The notes under the pieces: generated by a model
Told to the model about the DNA's origin: nothing
Databases searched by the model: none
What the model saw: the letters and a program-made list of their open reading frames with translations, nothing else
Assembly (NCBI RefSeq): GCF_013315695.1
Contig: NZ_CP054353.1
DNA: 64,000 nt
Source: Escherichia coli
GTDB lineage: Bacteria > Pseudomonadota > Gammaproteobacteria > Enterobacterales > Enterobacteriaceae
Strand: one strand, 5' to 3'
Shown here: positions 51,505 through 61,536 of the stretch, piece after piece
Position numbering within the stretch: position 1 is the stretch's first letter
Layout: every line of letters begins with the position of its first letter
Program-made: the position numbers and the translations under genes

Positions 51505-51963
51505 ATGGCTTCCGATAACCTGGTCAGTATCACCATTAACGATAAATCCCTGCGCCGGAGCCTCCGTGCGCTGGATCTTGCTGCCACAGACCTGGAGCCC
51601 GCGATGCGCAAAATCGCCGGAACCCTGCTGGCGGAAACACAGTTTAACTTTCTTGATGAGGGGCGTCCGGGGTGGATCCCCTCGCTGGCAGCGGAAGAAC
51701 GTGACGGGCAGACACTGCAGGATACCGGGCGTCTGATGGGGTCAGTATCAACCGACCATGACGACCGGCAGGCTGTTGTGGGGACCAACGTTGTTTACGG
51801 TGCCATTCACCAGTTCGGGGGTAAAACGGGGCGTAATGAGTCTGTTGAACTTCCGGCCCGCCCGTTCCTGCCGGTGACGGGGGATGGAGAACTACAGCCT
51901 GAAGTGGTAATCCCCATCCTCGATACCATTGTCCGCCATCTTGAATCAGCGGCCCGTCGCTGA
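51505..51963 (+). CDS. Virion morphogenesis protein (Mu G family)
   Basis: 152 aa; position and similarity. Confidence 0.7.
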   Translation: MASDNLVSITINDKSLRRSLRALDLAATDLEPAMRKIAGTLLAETQFNFLDEGRPGWIPSLAAEERDGQTLQDTGRLMGSVSTDHDDRQAVVGTNVVYGAIHQFGGKTGRNESVELPARPFLPVTGDGELQPEVVIPILDTIVRHLESAARR

Positions 51964-52177
51964 GTTTTCTCTCTTCAGGCGGGTGATTTATCATTGCCAG
52001 CGAATGAGGGGCTGTATTACCTTTATAAAGGCTTTACAGCCTCTGTTTTATAACCGCCTCCGGTTCACCGCATTGCTTTCCCTGTCCTTCTCCCCTGATG
52101 TTTTCTAAAGCAGATTAAAATCGCCGGGCCTGCATTTCTCACAAACTGTCTCCGACAACATAACGCGGGACAGCAAA
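51964..52177 (+). promoter_or_regulatory. Intergenic region upstream of the protease/scaffold gene; candidate Mor/C-dependent late promoter (analogue of Mu P_I) with a hairpin GGCTGTA ... TACAGCC
   Basis: Only gap over 200 bp inside the otherwise tightly packed head operon; Mu has a late promoter at the same position. Confidence 0.3.
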
Positions 52178-53293
52178 ATGTCAGCCATTCACATTTTTAA
52201 AGCCGGTACTCATACCGATATGCACGGCAAAAAACTGCCGTTCACGCCAGACGATCTTGCCGCCTGCGTGAAAGCCTATGACCCGTCCGTCCATGAAGCA
52301 CCACTCGTGATTGGTCATCCCAGAACGGAAGACCCGGCGTGGGGCTGGGTGAAAGCCCTGTCGCTCAGCGGCGTCGATCTGATGGCAGAGCCTGCCCAGC
52401 TGGACCCGCAGTTTGCTGAGATGGTCACCGACGGACGATTCAAAAAAGTGTCCGCCTCTTTCTACCTCCCGGATTCACCGTCCAATCCGAAGCCCGGCGT
52501 GCTCTACCTTCGCCATGTGGGCTTTCTCGGGGCACAGCCACCTTCCGTCAAGGGGCTGAAACAGGTGTCCTTCAGTGAGCAGGAAGAAGGTGTGGTGGAG
52601 TTCGCCGACTGGCAGGCCATCACGAATGCCTCCCTGTGGGGAAAGCTGCGCGATTTTCTGATCGCCCGCTTCAGTCTGGACGAGGCAGAAAAAGTCCTGC
52701 CGGAATGGCAGCTCAACAGTCTGCGCGAAGAGGCGTACCGCGACACACTGTCGCAGGATGCAGCAGGTGCACAATTCAGTGAGACAGGCCCGGGGCCGTC
52801 TTCCGCAAGTAACGAGGAATCATCGATGACAAAAGAAGAGATTGAAGCCCTTCAGGAGGAGAACCGCCGCTTGAAGCAGCAGGCTGCTGATCGCGATGCG
52901 CGTGATGCACAGGTCAGACAGGAGCAACTGCATAAGGACAATGTGGCCTTTGCAGAAAAACTGGTCGCAGAGGGCCGTCTGGCTCCCCGCGCCTCCTCCG
53001 TGGTGGTTGCCCTGCTGGATGCCGTCGCCGGTGGCGACAAGCCGGTGGAGTTTGCTGAGGGGGAAAGCCGCACACCGCTGGCCACCGCCTTTCGTTCATT
53101 GCTCTCCGACGGGGAGCCGGTGATGAATTTCGCCGAACAGGCCACAAAAGAGCGTGTCGGCGACACGGTGAAGGTGGATGTGGCAGAGTTTGCGGAAGCC
53201 GATCCTGAGCGTCTGGCCCTGCATCAGAAAGCAGTGGCCCTGTCCAAAAAAGAAGGCATCAGCTATGAGGCTGCTGTCGCACGCTGCCTGTAA
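52178..53293 (+). CDS. Head maturation protease / scaffold protein (Mu I family)
   Basis: 371 aa; N-terminal protease-like domain, C-terminal coiled-coil scaffold region. Confidence 0.8.
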   Translation: MSAIHIFKAGTHTDMHGKKLPFTPDDLAACVKAYDPSVHEAPLVIGHPRTEDPAWGWVKALSLSGVDLMAEPAQLDPQFAEMVTDGRFKKVSASFYLPDSPSNPKPGVLYLRHVGFLGAQPPSVKGLKQVSFSEQEEGVVEFADWQAITNASLWGKLRDFLIARFSLDEAEKVLPEWQLNSLREEAYRDTLSQDAAGAQFSETGPGPSSASNEESSMTKEEIEALQEENRRLKQQAADRDARDAQVRQEQLHKDNVAFAEKLVAEGRLAPRASSVVVALLDAVAGGDKPVEFAEGESRTPLATAFRSLLSDGEPVMNFAEQATKERVGDTVKVDVAEFAEADPERLALHQKAVALSKKEGISYEAAVARCL

Positions 53294-53307
53294 TTTAAGG
53301 AGAGAGC

Positions 53308-54261
53308 ATGTCTGATTACTTAAAAGGTAAACGTGTCGTTGATCCGGTACTGACCAGTATCGCCCGTGGCTATAAAAATGCCGCATTCATCGGCGAACGT
53401 ATTTTCCCCGTCGTGCTGACGGACAAGGAAGGCGTGCGTGTACCGACCTTCGGGAAAACCGCCTTTGTGGAATATGACACCGAGCGTGCCGTCGGGGCGG
53501 ACAGCAATGTTCTGGTCCGTGAAAAAACAGGCACGCTGGACCTGGTGCTGGGTGAACACGATCTGGCTGCGCCGGTGGACTATCGCGAGCAGGCGGAGTC
53601 CATGTTTAACGAAGAGAGCAAGGCCATCCGTCGCGCCACGAATGGCGTGAACCTGCGCCGTGAACTTATCGCTGCCCGTCTGGCTCAGGATGAAAAGGTC
53701 TACCGTACCGGGCACGTCAAAAAACTGACAGCCAGTGATCGCTGGGCCGGTGGTAAGGGGGACCCCATCGGGGTGATTGAAGCCGGTATGGAAGCGGTCC
53801 GTACGGCCACGGGGCTGCGTCCTAACCTGATGACCATGGGGGCCGGCGTGATGGCGCTGCTGAAGTTCCACCCGGCGATTCAGGCCGCCATCGGAGCCAA
53901 CGAACGCAAGCGCATCACCACAGAAATCCTGCAGGACCTCTTTCAGATCGAAGAGATCGTCATCGGTGCCCCAGTCTCCCTGCCGTCCATGAAAGCGGCA
54001 ATGGATAAGAACAGCGTGCCGGCGGATATCTGGGGAGACAATCTGATGCTGCACTATGTCGGCAAACCGCAGCCGGGGGCGGACAGCGCGGACGAGAACG
54101 AGCCGTCCTTCGGCTACACCCTGCGTCGTAAGGGGATGCCTGTTGCCGACAAATACGACGGAGCCGGTGGCAAGGTGAAGTACTGCCGTTATACCGATAT
54201 CTACAAAGTCGCCGTGGTTGGTGGCGATGCCGGGTATCTCATTACCGGTATCAGTAAATAA
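53308..54261 (+). CDS. Major capsid protein (Mu T family)
   Basis: 317 aa; position after I; similarity to Mu-like major head subunits. Confidence 0.85.
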   Translation: MSDYLKGKRVVDPVLTSIARGYKNAAFIGERIFPVVLTDKEGVRVPTFGKTAFVEYDTERAVGADSNVLVREKTGTLDLVLGEHDLAAPVDYREQAESMFNEESKAIRRATNGVNLRRELIAARLAQDEKVYRTGHVKKLTASDRWAGGKGDPIGVIEAGMEAVRTATGLRPNLMTMGAGVMALLKFHPAIQAAIGANERKRITTEILQDLFQIEEIVIGAPVSLPSMKAAMDKNSVPADIWGDNLMLHYVGKPQPGADSADENEPSFGYTLRRKGMPVADKYDGAGGKVKYCRYTDIYKVAVVGGDAGYLITGISK

Positions 54262-54270
54262 GGAGGCGTT

Positions 54271-54609
54271 ATGGGAACCACTCAGCAGGTCATTCTGATC
54301 ACAACCGTAACGGCAGGGGCAGCACTGGCACAGCAGCGTTTTGTCGGGGCAGATAATACCCCCTGTAAAGCCGGTGCCGCAGCGCTCGGGGTTGCCGAAG
54401 TGGATGCTGTTACCGGCGACAGCACGCCGGTGAGCGTTCTGGGCATTATTGCTGTCGAGGCCGGGGCCGCTGTCAGCCGTGGTGTGGCTGTTCAGTCAGA
54501 TGCTCAGGCCAGAGCCGTGCCGCAGTCCGGCGACGGTAAATCCTGTGGTATTGCACTTGATGAAGCCGGGGGTGAAGGCGACGTCATTCGTATCCTGCGC
54601 GGGGTGTGA
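54271..54609 (+). CDS. Small Gly/Ala-rich head protein (possible decoration protein)
   Basis: 112 aa downstream of capsid gene. Confidence 0.45.
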   Translation: MGTTQQVILITTVTAGAALAQQRFVGADNTPCKAGAAALGVAEVDAVTGDSTPVSVLGIIAVEAGAAVSRGVAVQSDAQARAVPQSGDGKSCGIALDEAGGEGDVIRILRGV

Positions 54610-54610
54610 C

Positions 54611-55057
54611 ATGTACTGCACCCTGGAGGATTTGCTTGCGCAGGTGCCGGAGCGGACGCTTATCGAGCTCACCAGTGAAGAGATGGACTTCGACTCACCT
54701 GCAACAGTGAATACCCGTGTGGTGGACAGCTGTATCCGCTATGCCGACGAGCTGATTGATGCCCATCTGCGCGGACGCTATATCCTGCCACTGGCAGAGA
54801 TACCGACTGTTCTGCGGGACATTGCCATCACGCTGGTCCGTTACCGGCTCTACGCCCGCCGCCCGGAAGGTGACCTCCCGGATACGGTGAAGGATGACCA
54901 CAAAGAAGCGCTGCGGCAACTCAGGGAGTTACGTGATAACAGGCTCACGCTGGGGCTGCCGTCCACTCAGAAAGATGTGCCTGAGCCTGGCGAGTTTCGT
55001 GTACGCAGTCGCCCGGCTACTTTCGGCGGTCGTGACGGTTTACTGGAGAAATACTGA
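54611..55057 (+). CDS. Head-tail connector protein (Mu gp36 family, DUF1320)
   Basis: 148 aa from ATG 54611. Confidence 0.6.
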   Translation: MYCTLEDLLAQVPERTLIELTSEEMDFDSPATVNTRVVDSCIRYADELIDAHLRGRYILPLAEIPTVLRDIAITLVRYRLYARRPEGDLPDTVKDDHKEALRQLRELRDNRLTLGLPSTQKDVPEPGEFRVRSRPATFGGRDGLLEKY

Positions 55058-55521
55058 TGAACGTTCTGCCCGTCCTTGATGCGGTACTGGCCCGGTTACG
55101 CGAGAAGCTGCCGCAACTGCAGGTGGAGTACTTCCCGGAGAAACCGGCTGAATATCGCCTGAACCATCCGGTTGGCGCGTTGCTGTTGAGCTATGCCGGT
55201 TCGCGCTTTGACAGGCCGGATGATACCGGTGCAGTGATCCAGTCTCAGACTATCCAGCTCTGCGTCACGGTGGTCTTCCGCCAGCTCAACGGTAAAAAAG
55301 GGGCGATTAATGTCCTGGATGCTGTCCGCCGCATTCTCGGTGGCCACACCCCGCCCGGCTGCCGCCGCCGTATCTGGCTGACCCGCGAGGTGTTTATCGG
55401 TGAAGTCAGGGGGCTGTGGCAGTACGCCCTCGACTTCGCGACTGAAAGCGTCTTTATCGAAGACAGCGATTTACCGTCCGGCCCGCTGTTAACCGAAGTG
55501 AACTATGAGGAAAGCGAGTGA
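55057..55521 (+). CDS. Head-tail joining protein (Mu gp37 family)
   Basis: 154 aa. Confidence 0.6.
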   Translation: MNVLPVLDAVLARLREKLPQLQVEYFPEKPAEYRLNHPVGALLLSYAGSRFDRPDDTGAVIQSQTIQLCVTVVFRQLNGKKGAINVLDAVRRILGGHTPPGCRRRIWLTREVFIGEVRGLWQYALDFATESVFIEDSDLPSGPLLTEVNYEESE

Positions 55522-55772
55522 TGAAAGAATACCGCTATTCCGGCCCGGCCAGCGGCGTCACGCTGTCGGACGGAACCGAAATCCTGCTCTGGCCGGGGAA
55601 GACGGTTTCCCTGCCGGAGGAGCATGACTACGTGAAGGTACTGGTGGCGCTGAAACATCTGACGCCGGTACCTGAAGAGACTAAACCCGCCGGCACACCG
55701 GCTGTGCAGTCACCAAAGCGCAGAAGCAGCAGTGACAGCGAAGTGAAAACGGAGGACACCCATGGCAGCTAA
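55518..55772 (+). CDS. Small protein (Mu gp38 position)
   Basis: 84 aa, ATGA-coupled. Confidence 0.5.
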   Translation: MMKEYRYSGPASGVTLSDGTEILLWPGKTVSLPEEHDYVKVLVALKHLTPVPEETKPAGTPAVQSPKRRSSSDSEVKTEDTHGS

Positions 55773-57189
55773 CTATCTGCATGGTCCCGAAACCATTGAG
55801 GTGGAAAACGGTGCCCGCCCGGTTAAAACGGTGAAATCTGCCGTTATTGGCCTGATTGGTACCGCCCCGATGGGGGATGTCAATACGCTGGTACAGTGCC
55901 TGTCTGAGAAAGACGCAGCGGCATTTGGCAGCCAGTTCACCGGCTTTACCATTCCGCAGGCGCTGGATGCGATTTATGACCATGGTGCAGGTATCGTTCT
56001 GGTCATTAACGTCCTCGACCCGGCGAAACATAAAACGGCGATCGAGGATGAGGTGGTTACCTTTGACAAATCGACAGGGCAGGCCAGACTGGCGCATCCG
56101 GTTGTCGCTAATGTGGTGGTGAAAAACAGTGAAGGCAGCACCTCCCACACGGCGAACACGGACTACCGTGTTGATGCGCAGGCGGGTGTGCTCACGAACC
56201 TGGGCAAGGCTATTGAGGCCGGTGGCAGCGTGAAGGTGAGCTATGAGTACGCGGACCCGTCGAAGGTGACTGCGGCGGACATCATCGGCGGGGTGAACAG
56301 CGCCGGAAACCGAACCGGCATGAAGCTGCTTAACGACAGCTTCAACCTGTACGGCTATTTCGCCAAAATTCTGATTGCGCCGGTGTTCTGCACCCAGAAG
56401 AGTGTCGCAGTTGAGCTTATCGCCATGGCAGAGAAGCTGGGCGCGGTAACCTACATTGATGCGCCTGTCGGTACCACCTTTGCACAGGCTCTGGCAGGTC
56501 GTGGCCCGGAAGGCACCATCAACTTCAATACCAGCTCCGACCGCGTCCGTCTGTGCTATCCGCATGTGAAGGTATATGACCCGGTGACAAACACAGAGCG
56601 TCTGGAGCCGCTCAGCCAGCGTGCAGCAGGTCTGCGTGCCAGAGTCGATCTGGACAAGGGCTACTGGTGGTCATCCTCCAATCAGGAGATTCTGGGGATC
56701 ACTGGCGTGGAGCGCCAGCTGTCCGCGATGATTGATGACCCGCAGAGTGAGGTGAACCTGCTTAACGAACAGGGGATCACCACGGTATTCAGCAGTTACG
56801 GCAGCGGCCTTCGTCTGTGGGGTAACCGGACGGCAGCATGGCCAACGGTCACCCATATGCGTAACTTTGAGAACGTTCGCCGCACCGGTGATGTGATCAA
56901 CGAGTCCATTCGTTATTTCAGCCAGCAGTACATCGACATGCCGATTACTCAGGCGCTGATTGATGCACTGACGGAGTCGGTCAACGCCTACGGTCGCAAA
57001 ATGACTGGTGATGGTGCGGTACTGGGCTTCCGTTGCTGGTTTGATCCGGCCCGCAATCCGGAGACGGAGCTGGCCGCCGGGCACCTGTTGCTGAGCTACA
57101 AATATACGCCACCACCGCCGCTGGAGCGACTGACGTTTGAGACTGAGATCACCTCGGAATACCTGTTAACCCTGAAAGGGGGCAACTGA
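55762..57189 (+). CDS. Contractile tail sheath protein (Mu L family)
   Basis: 475 aa; similarity to Mu/P2-type sheath proteins. Confidence 0.9.
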   Translation: MAANYLHGPETIEVENGARPVKTVKSAVIGLIGTAPMGDVNTLVQCLSEKDAAAFGSQFTGFTIPQALDAIYDHGAGIVLVINVLDPAKHKTAIEDEVVTFDKSTGQARLAHPVVANVVVKNSEGSTSHTANTDYRVDAQAGVLTNLGKAIEAGGSVKVSYEYADPSKVTAADIIGGVNSAGNRTGMKLLNDSFNLYGYFAKILIAPVFCTQKSVAVELIAMAEKLGAVTYIDAPVGTTFAQALAGRGPEGTINFNTSSDRVRLCYPHVKVYDPVTNTERLEPLSQRAAGLRARVDLDKGYWWSSSNQEILGITGVERQLSAMIDDPQSEVNLLNEQGITTVFSSYGSGLRLWGNRTAAWPTVTHMRNFENVRRTGDVINESIRYFSQQYIDMPITQALIDALTESVNAYGRKMTGDGAVLGFRCWFDPARNPETELAAGHLLLSYKYTPPPPLERLTFETEITSEYLLTLKGGN

Positions 57190-57710
57190 TGTCAAAGATT
57201 GAGATAAACCGCATCACGAATGCCAACATCTATCTGGATGGTACTAACCTGCTGGGACGGGCTGAGGAAGTTAAACTCCCCGATGTCTCCATGATTATGC
57301 AGGAACACAAGGCGCTGGGGATGGTGGGTAAGGTGGAACTCCCGGCTGGTTTTGACAAACTGGAAGGCGAAATCAAATGGAACAGCTTTTACCGCGATGC
57401 GATGCTGTCTGCCGCGAACCCGTACAGGTCGCTGGCACTGCAGTGTCGTTCCAGCGTCCAGCGCTACAGCTCGCAGGGGCTGATTGACGAAATCCCGCTG
57501 GTCACCTTCCTGACGATTATGTTCAAGAAGAACCCGCTGGGGACGTTCAAACAGCACGAGAACGCCGAGTTCTCCAGTAGCTTCACCTGCACGTATATCA
57601 GACAGGTACTGGATGGTGAAGAGCTGCTGCAACTGGACTATCTGGCCAACATCTTCCGGGTCGGCGGTGTTGATCAACTGACTGACTACCGTATCAATAT
57701 CGGGGGCTGA
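57189..57710 (+). CDS. Tail tube protein (Mu M family)
   Basis: 173 aa; position after sheath. Confidence 0.85.
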   Translation: MSKIEINRITNANIYLDGTNLLGRAEEVKLPDVSMIMQEHKALGMVGKVELPAGFDKLEGEIKWNSFYRDAMLSAANPYRSLALQCRSSVQRYSSQGLIDEIPLVTFLTIMFKKNPLGTFKQHENAEFSSSFTCTYIRQVLDGEELLQLDYLANIFRVGGVDQLTDYRINIGG

Positions 57711-57712
57711 CG

Positions 57713-57994
57713 GTGAGTGTTGAACTGACGGATAAAGGAGGACGATGTGCGGCACTGGGCATGTCAAATGGTACGTGGTTTACCCTCCTTGATATTCCGG
57801 GGGTGGAAACCCTTTTTAATACCCGTAAAACCAATGACCCGATTGACTGCACACGTTCAAAGGCCCGCAAACTGGCGGATTTGATTGAAGCATGGGAGCC
57901 TCCCGACCACTGGTTCTCCGGCATCGGCAAATCTGAGGGAAAGACGCTTCTCATCGCTTTCCTGCGTAACTGCAAGGGGTTTCGCACTTGCTGA
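57713..57994 (+). CDS. Hypothetical protein (93 aa, GTG start)
   Basis: ORF between tube and tail chaperone genes. Confidence 0.35.
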   Translation: MSVELTDKGGRCAALGMSNGTWFTLLDIPGVETLFNTRKTNDPIDCTRSKARKLADLIEAWEPPDHWFSGIGKSEGKTLLIAFLRNCKGFRTC

Positions 57995-58091
57995 CATCAC
58001 AGGGGCTCCGGCCCCTTCTTCTTAATCTCCTTTAATATCCGTCACGCGCTTCTCCCGACATACTGCCCTGAACTTACACAGGAGCACAATC

Positions 58092-58427
58092 ATGTCACAG
58101 ACCCCATCCGATACTTTTAAATTGTCTTATCCCTTCACCACTGCTGCAGGCACCAGAATTGAGCTGGTTGAACTGAAACGCCTGACGGTAAAAGACCTGA
58201 AGCAGGTGCGCAAAATCAGCAAAAACCCGGCAGACTGGGACGAACCGCTGATTGCCCGCAGTACTGGTCTTCTCCCGGAAGATCTCGACAATATGGATCT
58301 GGCTGATTACCTGCAGTTACAGAAACGATTTCAGCTCATCACGGGGATGGGTGAGAGCAACCAGGGCGCTGACGCAGGCGCAGGGGCTGCTGGCGAGATG
58401 GTTCCGGTTTCAGCCGGGGGAGATTGA
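58092..58427 (+). CDS. Tail assembly chaperone (Mu gp41 / lambda G analogue)
   Basis: 111 aa directly upstream of tape measure gene. Confidence 0.7.
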   Translation: MSQTPSDTFKLSYPFTTAAGTRIELVELKRLTVKDLKQVRKISKNPADWDEPLIARSTGLLPEDLDNMDLADYLQLQKRFQLITGMGESNQGADAGAGAAGEMVPVSAGGD

Positions 58428-58509
58428 TGCCCTCGATACTGACGATCTGGAGATGTGGCTGGAGCAGGCTGAAGAGCAAATAAAAAGCGAGTACGGCGAC
58501 AAATCATAG
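58252..58509 (+). other. Overlapping +1-frame ORF: likely C-terminal extension of the tail chaperone produced by programmed frameshift
   Basis: Frame +1 relative to chaperone, open across its stop (58425-58427) to 58509; G-rich run GCCGGGGGAGATTGA at the end of frame 0. Confidence 0.5.
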
Positions 58510-58584
58510 TACAGACAGCCGCCAGTAGCGGCTGTTCTGCGTTATTCCCTCACGTCTTTTCACCTTCCCCGGAGGTTAACCACT

Positions 58585-61536
58585 ATGTCGGGACAGTTTT
58601 CAGTCGGCGTTGTTATCGGCGGGATGATTGGCAGCACATTCCGTTCTGCAATGAGCGGTACCCGCCGTGCGCTTGATTCCCTGAGCGATACCTCACGCCG
58701 CCTGCAGGAACGTCAGAACGCTTTAACCCGTGCAACAGAACGTTATGGTCAACTGGGTTCTTCCCGGATGCAGCATCTCAACAGCGAGCTGCTGCGGGTA
58801 AGCCGCACCATGGAGCAAATTGAGCGCCAGCAGCGCCGTCTGTCAGCGGCATCCGCTACCAGTGATGCGCTGAAAGCTAACCGCATGGCGCTGTATGGTC
58901 AGGGGATTGAAGCGTATGGCATGGCACAGACTGTTTATCATACGGTTTCCCCTGCCGTTCAGCAGTCCATGTCTTTTCAGGACAAAATGATTGATATGTC
59001 GATCACCGCAAAATATGACAATAAAACGCGGGATGCACTTGCCGGACAGATAAAAGGCTGGGCGCTTAAATACAATCAGTATCAGGATGAGCTGCAGGAG
59101 GCGGTGGGTTCACTCATCAGCGACAATATTGATAATGTGTCAGATATCGGTTTTCTGATGCCGGATATTGCCCGCGCGGCAACGGCAACACGCACGTCTG
59201 CTCAGGACTGGGCAAAAGTGGCCGCAGTCTGGCAAAACTCCCTGAAAGGTGCGGCCAGAGATTTTGGTGCCGTTCAGAATATTATGGCTTATGCCGGTGA
59301 CCAGGGGTCATTTGAAATCCCGGATCAGGTCAAGTGGATGCAGTCCCTGGCCCCAATGATGGCGGGTATTGCCAGTGGAAAAGAGGCTGTTGCTGAAATC
59401 GGGGCCAGTCTCCAGATAGCAAAAATCGGTGCAGGTTCCACCGACGAAGCAGCTAATAATTTTAAAAACTTTCTTACCAAAATTTTTGCCCGCGATACTC
59501 AGAAACAGTTTGCTGATCTGGGTATTGATTTGCAGGGATCTATTGCGAGTTATAAAGCTGCGGGGATCTCTCCGATTGAAGGGATGTTGAGTGTTATAGA
59601 ACGTTACCTCAATGCCAAAAGCCCCGAAGCGCTGGCCGGCTTCAAATCAGCCATGAAAATAAAGAATGATACGGCAAGAGATGAGGCACTTCAGGCTCTG
59701 GCGAAAAACTTTGGTCTGGGCGATATGTTCGCGGATATGCAGGTCATGGCATTTATCCGCCCGATGCTGGCCAACATGGACAGATATCGAGAGATCCGTG
59801 CCGGTGCTCTCAGGGCTGCGGATAACGATTTGCTTGCCAGTGCTTATGATCAGCGGCTGAAATCTCCCCTTGAAGCCACTAAAACACTTATGGTCAGCAG
59901 TCGCGATCTGGCAATTACGCTGGGCGATCAATTAGCTCCATCTTTTATTTCTTTGACTCAGGAACTGCTTCCACTCATTCAGGGGGCAAAACACTGGGTA
60001 GCGACTCACCCGCAATTTGTCAGTGGGGCTTTTAAGCTCATCAGTGCGCTCCTTGCGATTAAGATAGCGACTGTTGGTCTCAAACTGGGGCTGAATCTCC
60101 TTATTTCCCCCTTTGTAAGTGTCTGGAAAAATGCTGTTTTACTTCGGGCCAACTGGCTTCGTCTGTCGCTCGCACTGGGGCAAGGCGGTAAGCTCCGCTG
60201 GCTGGTGACCGGATTTAGCGCCGTCGCCAGAGGAGCCAGAACACTGAGTGGCGTGCTCTCCGGGGGGCTGGTTCGCGGAATTATGCTCGCCGGACGTGCT
60301 GTTCTCTGGATTGGACGTGCGCTGATGATGAATCCCATCGGTCTCGTTATCACCGCTGTCGCGGCAGCAGCTTACCTTATCTACCGCAACTGGGGGGCAG
60401 TCAGTGGCTGGTTTAAACAGCGCTGGGCAGACATTCAGGAAGCCTTTAACGGCGGCATTGTGGGAATTGGTAAGTTACTGATTAACTGGTCGCCGGCAGG
60501 CCTGCTCTATAAAGCCTTTGCGGCTGCGCTGAAATATTTCGGCGTTGCTCTGCCGGCAAAGTTCACCGACTTCGGTGGCCATCTTATCGACGGTCTGATT
60601 AACGGTATCAAAAACAAATGGGGGTCGCTCAAATCCAGTGTAACCGGAATGGGTGACAGCATCAGTAGCTGGTTTAAACAGTGCTGGGCTGACATTCAGG
60701 AAGCCTTTAACGGCGGTATCGCGGGAACTGGTAAGCTGCTGATTAACTGGTCGCCGGCAGGTCTGCTCTATAAAGCCTTTGCAGCTGCGCTGAAATATCT
60801 TGGTGTTGATCTGCCGGCAAAGTTCACCGACTTCGGTGGCCATCTTGTCGACGGTCTGATTAACGGTATCAAAAACAAATGGGAGTCGCTCAAATCCAGT
60901 GTAACCGGAATGGGTGACAGCATCAGTGGCTGGTTCAGCGAAAAGCTGGGCATTCATTCGCCGAGCCGCGTGTTTATGGGCTTTGGTGACAATATCGCGC
61001 AGGGGGCCGCCATTGGCCTGCAGCGGACCACTCCGCTTGCAGCTCTGGCCGGGCAGCGAATGGCCAGTGAACTGCTCCCCAAAATGCCCGTGAGCATTCA
61101 GGGGCCAGAAATACGGGATAACACTTCAGGTGTTCGCTTCAGTATGCCGTTGCCCGATATCAATGGGTTTATGTCGTCTGCTAAAAATGCGATCGGAGCC
61201 GTAATCAATAGTTTGTCTTCCATGCCCGCTATCCCGCTCTCCACCCGGGCATCGATTTTACCAGGGCAACGTCTGGCAAATGAGATGACACCGGATGTTC
61301 CCCGTATCCCCTCGCCTGAAATCATGGCTGCCGGATATTCAGGCCGTGGTGCAGCTGCAACCGGCGGTGGAACGTCTGGTGGTATCCAGGTCAGCTTTAA
61401 TCCTCAGTTTTTCCTCAATGGCAGGGAAACCACAGCGCCTGCAGGACTGACTGGTGCCCTGAATATGAGTCTGCATGAGCTGGAAAAAATGCTGGAGCGT
61501 CTGCTGGCTCAGAAACAACGTAAGGAGTACCGCTGA
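58585..61536 (+). CDS. Tail tape measure protein
   Basis: 983 aa; long helical protein with hydrophobic central segments between chaperone and baseplate genes. Confidence 0.9.
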   Translation: MSGQFSVGVVIGGMIGSTFRSAMSGTRRALDSLSDTSRRLQERQNALTRATERYGQLGSSRMQHLNSELLRVSRTMEQIERQQRRLSAASATSDALKANRMALYGQGIEAYGMAQTVYHTVSPAVQQSMSFQDKMIDMSITAKYDNKTRDALAGQIKGWALKYNQYQDELQEAVGSLISDNIDNVSDIGFLMPDIARAATATRTSAQDWAKVAAVWQNSLKGAARDFGAVQNIMAYAGDQGSFEIPDQVKWMQSLAPMMAGIASGKEAVAEIGASLQIAKIGAGSTDEAANNFKNFLTKIFARDTQKQFADLGIDLQGSIASYKAAGISPIEGMLSVIERYLNAKSPEALAGFKSAMKIKNDTARDEALQALAKNFGLGDMFADMQVMAFIRPMLANMDRYREIRAGALRAADNDLLASAYDQRLKSPLEATKTLMVSSRDLAITLGDQLAPSFISLTQELLPLIQGAKHWVATHPQFVSGAFKLISALLAIKIATVGLKLGLNLLISPFVSVWKNAVLLRANWLRLSLALGQGGKLRWLVTGFSAVARGARTLSGVLSGGLVRGIMLAGRAVLWIGRALMMNPIGLVITAVAAAAYLIYRNWGAVSGWFKQRWADIQEAFNGGIVGIGKLLINWSPAGLLYKAFAAALKYFGVALPAKFTDFGGHLIDGLINGIKNKWGSLKSSVTGMGDSISSWFKQCWADIQEAFNGGIAGTGKLLINWSPAGLLYKAFAAALKYLGVDLPAKFTDFGGHLVDGLINGIKNKWESLKSSVTGMGDSISGWFSEKLGIHSPSRVFMGFGDNIAQGAAIGLQRTTPLAALAGQRMASELLPKMPVSIQGPEIRDNTSGVRFSMPLPDINGFMSSAKNAIGAVINSLSSMPAIPLSTRASILPGQRLANEMTPDVPRIPSPEIMAAGYSGRGAAATGGGTSGGIQVSFNPQFFLNGRETTAPAGLTGALNMSLHELEKMLERLLAQKQRKEYR
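60408..60929 (+). repeat. Tandem direct duplication (2 x 261 bp, about 95 percent identical) inside the tape measure gene
   Basis: Unit WFKQ(R/C)WADIQEAFNGGI(V/A)G(I/T)GKLLINWSPAGLLYKAFAAALKY... repeated in frame; second copy begins near 60669. Confidence 0.85.
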
